Of a stretch of 32,000 nt of DNA, positions 9,210 to 15,739 are shown in pieces (position 1 is the stretch's first letter; every line of letters begins with the position of its first letter). The notes beneath the pieces are model-generated. The model was not told the DNA's origin. It saw only the letters and a program-made list of their open reading frames with translations, and ran no database searches. This DNA comes from Marinobacter sp. Its GTDB lineage: Bacteria > Pseudomonadota > Gammaproteobacteria > Pseudomonadales > Oleiphilaceae. A program made the translations under genes and the position numbers. Location of the stretch: the NCBI RefSeq assembly GCF_965229515.1, contig NZ_OZ245884.1. The stretch is one strand, 5' to 3'.

Positions 9210-9795
9210 TCAAGAACCCGGCAAACGATCAAATGGAATAACTGTTCCAGCTCGTCGATCGCCAATAATGTGGGTCTAGATTTCAGCCTTTAGATTATCG
9301 CTGTGGCCGAGGATGCCTGAAACGCTCGGCTATCACTTCCCGATCTAGGCAGCTCAGTGGTATAAGCGTGGCGGAAAAGGATGTCCCGCCACCTGTTTGA
9401 TAATTCCGCTCGCGTTCACGACCTGCCTCAATTGCAGCGCGTATGTTGAACGATGAAGGTGATATCGGCAAGCATAGCGTGTAATGGGGTAAATGCATCG
9501 TGTTTAAGATGGGAATAGATACTGTCAACCAAAGTCTTTCATGACCGGTCCGTACTTCTTATGCAGAGAAGTCTGAGCCGAAGTGAGCCCAAATCCATCG
9601 GCCAGGTCGGACTCATGTACTACTCGTGAATGGGCAATTTGCCGCTCCATGTCCGCTCTCAAGTTGCCTCGCATAAGTGTATGGTGATCTTTTCGGCCCT
9701 TACTTGGACTTGCCCCGGTCCACTAGCTCGATCGGGGCAAGTCTATGTCCGTGCCAGAGCACCGGAGAGCTTCGGCCTTAAGCAGGGTGGCTTCA
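9210..9795 (-). pseudogene. intI: integron integrase (IntI) relic: C-terminal ~195 codons, 5'-truncated, with 4 in-frame stops and 2 frameshifts
   Basis: Minus-strand conceptual translation, * = stop, / = frameshift: ..AEALRCSGTDIDLPRSS*WTGASPSKGRKDHHTLMRGNLRADMERQIAHSRVVHESDLADGFGLTSAQTSLHKKYGPVMKDFG*QYLFPS*TRCIYPITRYACRYHLHRSTYALQLRQVVNASGIIKQVAGHPF/RHAYTTELPRSGSDSRAFQ/GILGHSDNLKAEI*THIIGDRRAGTVIPFDRLPGS*. From memory this parallels IntI1/VchIntIA blocks: GKGxKDR, the IntI-specific insertion ..L.RKYP.A....WQYLFPS, RHHLHES..Q.A...A....GI.K...CHTLRHSFATHLL, G.DIRTVQE.LGHSDV.TT.IYTHVL. Confidence 0.75.
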
Positions 9796-9914
9796 GAATC
9801 TGATAATCATGACTTTAACAACAGTGCACTGTCCCAATATGTATAACTGTACTACCTTTTACAACCTAGAGTGGTACGAAAAACTGGTCAATCGCGGTGT
9901 ATTTGGAGGGAAAA

Positions 9915-10202
9915 ATGGGACGTGCAAAGCATCACCAAATGGAGCAGGAAGGAAAAGTCGACCATGCACTCGCCCTCTGTGTGCAAGTTGGTGCGGCAGA
10001 GGAGTGTGAGTTTCACCCGGGAACTTACTTAGATTCCATGGAGTTTTTTGACTACGAGGAACTGGCTGACAAGATCGTTAATGAGGTTCCCGATGCGATG
10101 GACGGGTTCAACAGTAGGGATGAACTTGTCGAATGTGTCGAAAGTGCTATGGGAATGGCTGGAGATGAATGCGGGTCTTGCGCCAGTTACAGAGACTCCT
10201 GA
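9915..10202 (+). CDS. small acidic hypothetical protein (first cassette ORF)
   Basis: Within ORF 9897..10202. ATG at 9915 is preceded by GGAGGG (9905-9910). 95 aa, MGRAKHHQMEQEGKVDHALALCVQVGAAEECEFHPGTY...GDECGSCASYRDS, very D/E-rich with a C-terminal CxxC. No family recognised. Confidence 0.5.
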   Translation: MGRAKHHQMEQEGKVDHALALCVQVGAAEECEFHPGTYLDSMEFFDYEELADKIVNEVPDAMDGFNSRDELVECVESAMGMAGDECGSCASYRDS

Positions 10203-10318
10203 CGGACAACAGATCTAAAAGCTTGGACATTCAGGTAAATCTTGAAGAAACCGTGAGTGTCTTGTTTGGATTGGAAGTTTGGGTCTTCGCTTCACTTCAA
10301 GTGATGAAGGGGATGCTT

Positions 10319-10489
10319 ATGGAAAATTCGTTCGTAACATCATGCGTTTGGTGCGGTGTGGCGTTTCTGTGCGGCCATGGTGGGACACTTCCAATCCAGC
10401 CGGGAGGTTATCAGTTGCGGAATATTTACCCTGCCAAGAGAAGCGCAGAAGGCTTCGAGTCCCCTCCCTCGCACCAACGTCTTTCGTGA
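10319..10489 (+). CDS. possible 56-aa Cys-rich micro-ORF in the otherwise empty second cassette
   Basis: ATG at 10319 preceded by GAAGGGGA. MENSFVTSCVWCGVAFLCGHGGTLPIQPGGYQLRNIYPAKRSAEGFESPPSHQRLS. It ends 10 nt before an attC-like GCTTAAC. Weak: short, with no recognisable motif. Confidence 0.2.
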   Translation: MENSFVTSCVWCGVAFLCGHGGTLPIQPGGYQLRNIYPAKRSAEGFESPPSHQRLS

Positions 10490-10498
10490 ACGAAGATT

Positions 10499-10598
10499 GC
10501 TTAACCATTGCAAGCACGGCGACAGCTTTTCAATTGCAGCGGCGCCTCCATTCCAAAACCGTGCATGCTGCGGGCGTGATCCTTCTTTGGAGTTCTGA
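10499..10598 (+). repeat. attC-like element (family with conserved core TTTTC..GGCGCC TCC..AAAAC)
   Basis: Starts GCTTAAC (fits RYYYAAC) and ends GTTCTGA, 9 nt before the next ATG. GC-rich relative to neighbouring ORFs. Its core resembles the elements at 12276 and 14090. Confidence 0.4.
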
Positions 10599-10606
10599 GC
10601 AAAATT

Positions 10607-11248
10607 ATGAATTATATTTTGATAGGATTGCAGGTCTTGATTTTGCTTGGAATAGGCAGCCTTTTTCTGTTTAGGAAATACCTATTTTCGTACTCTTCGG
10701 AAAAAGGAAAGAACCTTGCAACAAAGGAAGATATAGGTGACATCACTCGAAAAGTTGAAGACGTAAAAACTGGATACATTACCGAGATTGAGCGTATGAA
10801 AGTTGATCTTTCATTATTGTCGAGGAAAAACAACATCCTCCTTGATGAAAAAATACGTGTTTTCAAGCGGTTGCAAAAAAGACTGGTCGATTTTAAAAAA
10901 TACTGTGAAGCAGCCTTAGGGTCATATGATGATCAAGGAGAGTTACATCCAAATTTGAATGTGTTGGCAGAAGGCATCGACAAAGCAGCTTTACAGCATA
11001 TTACTGCTCTACATCAAATGGTGCAGGAGGACTTTATATTTCTCTCGAAGAAGTCGAGAAGCATTTTAGCTGAGTTGCATCATAATTGTTCCATGATGTG
11101 CAGTATGGAGCTTGCGGTGTTTGGTGAGGAGGCTGGTTCCAAAATGGCAAAAAGCACTATTCCAGTCTATGAATCAGCGATAAGAAATATAGACAGCTGC
11201 TTACAAAGCCTCTACGAGGAGCTGGAATTTCCGTCCAGCGGAGAATAG
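10607..11248 (+). CDS. hypothetical membrane-anchored coiled-coil protein
   Basis: 213 aa. N-terminal hydrophobic helix MNYILIGLQVLILLGIGSLFLF, then K/E/L-rich heptad-like sequence. AT-rich codon usage. Confidence 0.65.
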   Translation: MNYILIGLQVLILLGIGSLFLFRKYLFSYSSEKGKNLATKEDIGDITRKVEDVKTGYITEIERMKVDLSLLSRKNNILLDEKIRVFKRLQKRLVDFKKYCEAALGSYDDQGELHPNLNVLAEGIDKAALQHITALHQMVQEDFIFLSKKSRSILAELHHNCSMMCSMELAVFGEEAGSKMAKSTIPVYESAIRNIDSCLQSLYEELEFPSSGE

Positions 11249-11314
11249 AAACGAGGCGCTGCTCGGAACAAAGCTACGCTGCGCTTCGGTTCGCCCCAGA
11301 GCGCGGCGTTAAAA
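11246..11314 (+). repeat. attC-like recombination site candidate (best-formed example)
   Basis: TAGAAAC (stop codon plus AAC) at 11246-11252 ... GTTAAAA at 11308-11314. Between them GAGGCGCTGCTCGGAACAAAGC pairs imperfectly, with bulged bases, against GCTTCGGTTCGCCCCAGAGCGCGGC around an 8-nt loop TACGCTGC. Length 69 bp. Confidence 0.5.
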
Positions 11315-11327
11315 ATCAGGAAAAACT

Positions 11328-12281
11328 ATGGCAAGACCTTCAATTCCAGCAGAGATTAGGAGAGCCGTTTTGGTCGAAGCCGGCCACCGTTGTGCTATTC
11401 CTCGATGTGGTGAAACAGAGCTTGATGTGCACCACATCGTTCCCTGGGAAGCTTGCAAAAAGCATGAGTATTCAAACTTGATTGCGCTCTGTCCGATCTG
11501 CCATCGCAGAGCTCATAAAGGTGAGATTGATCGTAAGGCTTTGCTTCAATACAAAGCTGCACTCACCGCAGGTAGTGGGCCAGGAATGCAAGCGAATTTT
11601 GAGGCGCCAATTGTTGAGATTCGGCGGCGAATATTTGAAAGGAACACGGACGTGCCAGGTTTTACATTCCAGTTCGACTTTCCGGACTTTGAAGGTCTAG
11701 TACAACGCATTGTTTCTAAAAATGTAGAGGCGTGGGGATATGAGCTTTTGGCGGATTTCAGGCATCATCAGGAAACAGTCATGCCTGTTAAAGATGAAGG
11801 CAATCCAGATACCGAGAGTTTTTATAAAGTCCCTAGTAGTTTGCGTGGCAGTTACCAAATAATTCGTAATGATGATGTGGTTATCAGTCTGGAGTACACA
11901 CTAGATAGGTTTTTCACCGGCTCTGCGCACGGTGGCCGTAATACGCGCGTTCAGAATTTCTTGATCAGCCCTTTTCAACCTATAACCGCTAGGGATCTTC
12001 TCGCTGAAAACTCGTCGCTAGGTGACCTTTCAGAATTGGTTCGAAGCAGACTGCTATCGAATCGACAATATAGTGAAAATTGGGTTATCAAAGGCACTGA
12101 GCCAAAAGGCGATAATTTTTCCAACTTTGTTTTAGAAAAAAACGGTATCCAGTTTATTTTTGATGAGTATCAAATTGACTGCTACGCCGCTGGAAGGCAA
12201 AAGCTTTGGATAGGTTATGACCAGTTTGCAGGTATTGGGAATCACTCATTGTTCTCGAAGCTAGCGGGCAATGATTTTTAA
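11328..12281 (+). CDS. HNH endonuclease domain fused to a DUF3298/RsiV-like domain
   Basis: 317 aa, RBS AGGAAA. N-terminus CAIPRCGETELDVHHIVPWEACKKHEYSNLIALCPICHRRAH has the Cys4 HNH pattern. The C-terminal part has ISLEYTLDRFFTGSAHGGRNTRVQNFLISPFQPITARDLL and GIQFIFDEYQIDCYAAGRQKLWIGYDQF, which match my memory of the DUF3298 signature (y.ytGGAHg....n.d..tGk.l.l.dlf ... f.F..Yei.pYa.G). Confidence 0.8.
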   Translation: MARPSIPAEIRRAVLVEAGHRCAIPRCGETELDVHHIVPWEACKKHEYSNLIALCPICHRRAHKGEIDRKALLQYKAALTAGSGPGMQANFEAPIVEIRRRIFERNTDVPGFTFQFDFPDFEGLVQRIVSKNVEAWGYELLADFRHHQETVMPVKDEGNPDTESFYKVPSSLRGSYQIIRNDDVVISLEYTLDRFFTGSAHGGRNTRVQNFLISPFQPITARDLLAENSSLGDLSELVRSRLLSNRQYSENWVIKGTEPKGDNFSNFVLEKNGIQFIFDEYQIDCYAAGRQKLWIGYDQFAGIGNHSLFSKLAGNDF

Positions 12282-12373
12282 CTAGGTGGTGCAGCGGACC
12301 GCTTTTCGGCGCGGTGCGCCTCCAAAACGGCCGTCGATCCCAGGCGCTAGAAAACTACTGGACAGTGTTACAA
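12276..12373 (+). repeat. attC-like element (conserved-core family)
   Basis: TTTTAAC (contains stop TAA) at 12276-12282 ... GTTACAA at 12367-12373; the reverse complement of the first, GTTAAAA, matches it 6/7. The next ATG abuts at 12374. Core hairpin TTTT-C-GGCGC-GGT-GCGCC-TCC-AAAA. Confidence 0.4.
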
Positions 12374-13153
12374 ATGAAAAACCACCTAGAATCTCAAGGC
12401 ACCGGCCTGTTAATGGGGATAAACGCGTTCGAACCATACATCTATAAGATGCATCAAGATTTCGACGCTGGTGCATTTAAGGATTGGCCAACAGTGGTTC
12501 TCGCCACAACTTTGCAAGCATCCGCGGTTTCTTTATTCAAAGTATTGCCTCCTGTGGATAACCCATCGGAGATGTTAGATAAACGCTCTATTGCAAGTCT
12601 TGTGCGCAATCTCGTGGATACGCATGATGTGGTAGAGATGCTTGTCACATCAAACAGTGAAGAAGAGTGGACTCTTCACCGAGATATTCTTGGCCTATAT
12701 ATCAGCAGCAGAATCCATAAGGTACAAAATTTAATAACACCCGAAGAGGCTCAAAAATTATTTCCGCATACCAAAAGTTGGTACTGGAATCGAATTAGAT
12801 CATCTTCGTTGTTCAACAAAAAAATGTCGCGATTAAAAGACGGTGAACAAATTTTTTATAGAAGCCGCAGAGAGCGAGTTGAACTCGCTTGTGGCGGAAA
12901 TACCGATTTTGTTCTTGCTGTTCTTACTGATCTATCTTCTTTCGTGCACTCCCTACCTGTACAAATATGGTTTGGTGACGAGAAAAAACTCTATAACAAT
13001 ACCAAGAAAAACCAAGATATGGTTGCGGTCTGGCTGCGGGTTGCCAATTTCTACTTAGCCCGTAGCTTTGGAAAAATTATGGCGTGCGCGTCCTACAAAG
13101 TAAGCAAAGAAATGAATCAATTTACTAACCGTTTTCAGTCAGCCTTTGACTGA
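12374..13153 (+). CDS. hypothetical protein (probably all-alpha), no motif recognised
   Basis: The ORF track starts at GTG 12314, inside the GC-rich attC-like element. I prefer ATG 12374, giving 259 aa (MKNHLESQGTGLLMGINAFEPYIYKMHQDF...). AT-rich. Confidence 0.6.
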   Translation: MKNHLESQGTGLLMGINAFEPYIYKMHQDFDAGAFKDWPTVVLATTLQASAVSLFKVLPPVDNPSEMLDKRSIASLVRNLVDTHDVVEMLVTSNSEEEWTLHRDILGLYISSRIHKVQNLITPEEAQKLFPHTKSWYWNRIRSSSLFNKKMSRLKDGEQIFYRSRRERVELACGGNTDFVLAVLTDLSSFVHSLPVQIWFGDEKKLYNNTKKNQDMVAVWLRVANFYLARSFGKIMACASYKVSKEMNQFTNRFQSAFD

Positions 13154-13217
13154 ACGTGTTATAGCCGCGCGCAGGGAAGGTCGCTCCTATCTCGCCTTTC
13201 CGCTGAAAGTGTTAACT
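13149..13217 (+). repeat. attC-like recombination site candidate
   Basis: ACTGAAC (contains stop TGA) ... GTTAACT. Internal CAGGGAAGG pairs with CCTTtCCgCTG, leaving two bulged bases. Length 69 bp. The outer arms pair poorly (see finding on the local direct repeat). Confidence 0.4.
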
Positions 13218-13237
13218 TTTTTAAAACTAGGTGAGAG

Positions 13238-14095
13238 ATGGACTGGAAAGAATACGAAAAGGAGATTTTCGAGCATTTTAAGGGGCAGTACCCTGCTGCC
13301 GAAATCACGTTGGATGCTCGGAAAACAGGACTATATTCAAAGACTGAGCGCCAAATTGACATTTTGATTGAGCAGTATGTAGCGGGAAACCGAATCGTTA
13401 TCGCTATTGACGGGAAATACCTAAATAAGAAGGTCGATGTTAAAGCAGTCGAAAGTTATATAGGCATGCTGGAGGACATTGGAGCCCACAAAGGGTTGCT
13501 AGTTTCGAAAGAGGGTTTTTCGGAGACAGCATACAACAGAGCGCATTTCGGGCCTACCGAGATTGAATTAGACATCCTTAACTTCGAAGAACTTAAACGC
13601 TTCCAAGCGTATGGTGCGATCCCCTATGCTGGTGATTGCGGTGCTTTAATTCCTGCTCCATTAGGCTGGGTTGTCGACATTCAAACCACACCAGCTTGGC
13701 TGGCGACGCTCTATCAGCAAGGCCGCACGTTAGACGAAGCCATGAAAGATGCTGAATTCATGTACGTTCACTTTTGGAATCGACGAAAGGACGGCCATGA
13801 TCTAGAGGATTTGCTGAAGCTTCAAAAGGAAAATCTGCTGAAAGTCGATCAGGAATGCGTGATTGATTTTATACCAACGATCAAACGAAAAGACGCAGAA
13901 ACGAAGCTTCGGGTTGCTTATGTAAGTCAATATCCATCGCCAGAATACACGGGCTTTGTACAATTTACGGATTTTATTTTCTTCTGTGTCCTGTTCTCTC
14001 CAGAAAATAGGTTGAAAAGCAATATCCGGAAGTTAGAAAACATCATGGAAGCAGTGAAACCAATAAAAATTAAGCGTCATAAAGTTAACCAGTAA
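13238..14095 (+). CDS. restriction-endonuclease-like (Mrr_cat / PD-(D/E)xK) N-domain protein with unknown C-terminal domain
   Basis: 285 aa, RBS AGGTGAGAG. EKEIFEHFKGQYP...ERQIDILIEQYVAGNRIVIAIDGKYLNKKVDVKAVESYIGMLEDIGAHKGLLVSKEGFSETA follows the Mrr-type pattern: D...(D/E)xK core, then a ..G..(V/T)(S/T)..GF(S/T)..A tail. The remaining ~170 aa are unrecognised. Confidence 0.75.
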   Translation: MDWKEYEKEIFEHFKGQYPAAEITLDARKTGLYSKTERQIDILIEQYVAGNRIVIAIDGKYLNKKVDVKAVESYIGMLEDIGAHKGLLVSKEGFSETAYNRAHFGPTEIELDILNFEELKRFQAYGAIPYAGDCGALIPAPLGWVVDIQTTPAWLATLYQQGRTLDEAMKDAEFMYVHFWNRRKDGHDLEDLLKLQKENLLKVDQECVIDFIPTIKRKDAETKLRVAYVSQYPSPEYTGFVQFTDFIFFCVLFSPENRLKSNIRKLENIMEAVKPIKIKRHKVNQ

Positions 14096-14172
14096 CTACA
14101 GTCAGACTAGTTTTCCGGCGCATTTGTGCCTCCAAATTGGCCACTGCGCACAGCATTAAGCCCTTGTAATTT
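14090..14172 (+). repeat. attC-like element (conserved-core family), degenerate right core
   Basis: CAGTAAC (contains stop TAA) ... core TTTTCCGGCGCATTTGTGCCTCCAAATTGGCC ... ATTAAGC / GTAATTT instead of a clean GTT core. Confidence 0.35.
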
Positions 14173-14194
14173 AAGATAGAACGGAGACAACTAA

Positions 14195-15739
14195 TTGGGA
14201 TTTCCAAGGAAGATTAAAGATCAAATACTTGCGGATACTGCAAGGCATTGTTGCGTCTGCCACCGGTATAAGGGCGTTAAAGTAGAAGTTCATCACATTG
14301 AGCAGGAGGCCTTAGGCGGCTCAAACAAATATGAAAATGCCATAGCGCTTTGTTTCGATTGCCATGCTGATGCTGGTCATTACAACCCTAAACACCCTAG
14401 AGGAACCAAGTTCTCACCTGGAGAACTGAAAAAAGCAAAGGCGCAGTGGTTAGAGATCGTACGCACGAACAACATCAAAGTGCCATCTGAGCCCGATTCG
14501 TTTTTATGTCAATATTTTGTTTGCGAAAATTATGAAAATCTTGAAGAAATAGCAAAAGGTGACCTTTCTAAATTTCCTGTCAACAAGCCTCTTTTGATAA
14601 AAAATGAAATAATTCAATGTCTTGAAAAAGTCATTCAAAATCATCCGGAATCATACAGGCATGCTAATGCGTGGGGTGAGCGCTATAAAAGCAAAAAGGA
14701 CTATTTAGATCGGCATCCTGATGCTGTAGTGACAAAGGAAGGTCAGGATGAGTATTCATATTTTGAAGTTGTGAGAACCCCAACAATTGAGGAATTAAAA
14801 AAGTACTCTGAAAAAGATGGTTTGCTGAATCTAATGCTAAAAGCTGGGATGCCCATTGATAATGTATCAGCCATTATTGGATGCTATGAAAATGCATGCG
14901 GGGGAATCGAGTTTCAGGAAGAATACATATTTAGGAAGCTCTGGTGCTCTTTTGCAGCTATTACGAATATTTCTGACCAGCCCTTAGCGTTAGATTCTAT
15001 TGATGCACAGAATCAGGTTTATGATGGTTTTACTAAATTTGATCAGCCGGTCGATTCTCTTGAGAATATCCCCTTGCCAAAGATGCCTATACAGGCTGGA
15101 GCAACAGTCTTATTCCCAATGGCTTTGTTGCTTCCGCCTCTACACTCACTATCGAGACAAAAATGGTCATCATCTAGCAGCGGGGGTTGGGAAGAACAAG
15201 TGCAGATAGTTTCGCACGGAAATATAACAGAAAATAATGTGAGTGAAGTTTATACGTTCGGCGGAAAAAAGCTTCCGGAAAAACTGCATTTTATAAAGAA
15301 TGGAAATAGGGTTTCTCAGGAGTTCCATACATTTGATTTATCAAATATGTATTCTATAGATCGTCATTGGCAATGTGGATCTTGTCCTCATCTATTCTTT
15401 GTTAGCGACAAGGTCGTATATGTTAAAGAACTCTTATCGCACTGTGAAAACAAGAAAGGTGAAGAAAGGTTTTTTGTTCCTGAAGATGTGCGTGCCGTAA
15501 TAATTGCTGAGATAGAGGACGAGACTACAGAACTTCACTCCATTATAGTGGACAAGACTGTATATGCTTCCAACATAACTCTTGAAAAATCTCAGCACAT
15601 TGAAATACCGGTTAGTGGGGGATCTGAAATAACAGTAACTGGCAAGTACATCCCCTATGGAAAATCTAATAGATTCATCCCTCAAGGAATTAAAAGGAAT
15701 GACCTCGTTGGCGAGTTTTTATTCCTGACGAAAGAATAG
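14195..15739 (+). CDS. HNH endonuclease N-domain protein with ~430-aa unknown C-terminal region
   Basis: 514 aa. The start must be TTG at 14195: an in-frame TAA lies immediately upstream, GGAGA is 7 nt upstream, and the next Met is far past the HNH motif. CCVCHRYKGVKVEVHHIEQEALGGSNKYENAIALCFDCHADAGHY is paralogous to the HNH module of the 11328 gene. The remainder has no recognised motif. Confidence 0.75.
   Translation: MGFPRKIKDQILADTARHCCVCHRYKGVKVEVHHIEQEALGGSNKYENAIALCFDCHADAGHYNPKHPRGTKFSPGELKKAKAQWLEIVRTNNIKVPSEPDSFLCQYFVCENYENLEEIAKGDLSKFPVNKPLLIKNEIIQCLEKVIQNHPESYRHANAWGERYKSKKDYLDRHPDAVVTKEGQDEYSYFEVVRTPTIEELKKYSEKDGLLNLMLKAGMPIDNVSAIIGCYENACGGIEFQEEYIFRKLWCSFAAITNISDQPLALDSIDAQNQVYDGFTKFDQPVDSLENIPLPKMPIQAGATVLFPMALLLPPLHSLSRQKWSSSSSGGWEEQVQIVSHGNITENNVSEVYTFGGKKLPEKLHFIKNGNRVSQEFHTFDLSNMYSIDRHWQCGSCPHLFFVSDKVVYVKELLSHCENKKGEERFFVPEDVRAVIIAEIEDETTELHSIIVDKTVYASNITLEKSQHIEIPVSGGSEITVTGKYIPYGKSNRFIPQGIKRNDLVGEFLFLTKE

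Noticed and set aside
9111-9300. tRNA/tmRNA gene as island integration target
   Set aside because: I looked for cloverleaf-compatible sequence at both borders (9111-9300, 15820-16180) and found none. The flanking repeat does not resemble a tRNA 3' end.
9295-9528. 77-aa minus-strand ORF as a real gene
   Set aside because: It is an out-of-frame read through the intI relic. The homologous frame is interrupted by stops at 9525-27 and 9504-06.
9800-9914. attI site / Pc promoter between the intI relic and the first cassette
   Set aside because: Only weak -10-like hexamers (TATAAC at 9842) with no suitably spaced -35. No GTT core or integrase-binding direct repeats were recognisable. The region is more likely a deletion junction.
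10279-10674. 131-aa ORF, and 10169-10489 / 10356-10598 ORFs
   Set aside because: They overlap each other and the well-supported 10607 gene or the attC-like element. No motifs and no RBS at the listed starts.
12314-12373. GTG start at 12314 for the 12374 gene
   Set aside because: The extension (MRLQNGRRSQALENYWTVLQ) lies inside the GC-rich attC-like element and is compositionally unlike the AT-rich gene. ATG 12374 abuts the GTTACAA core.
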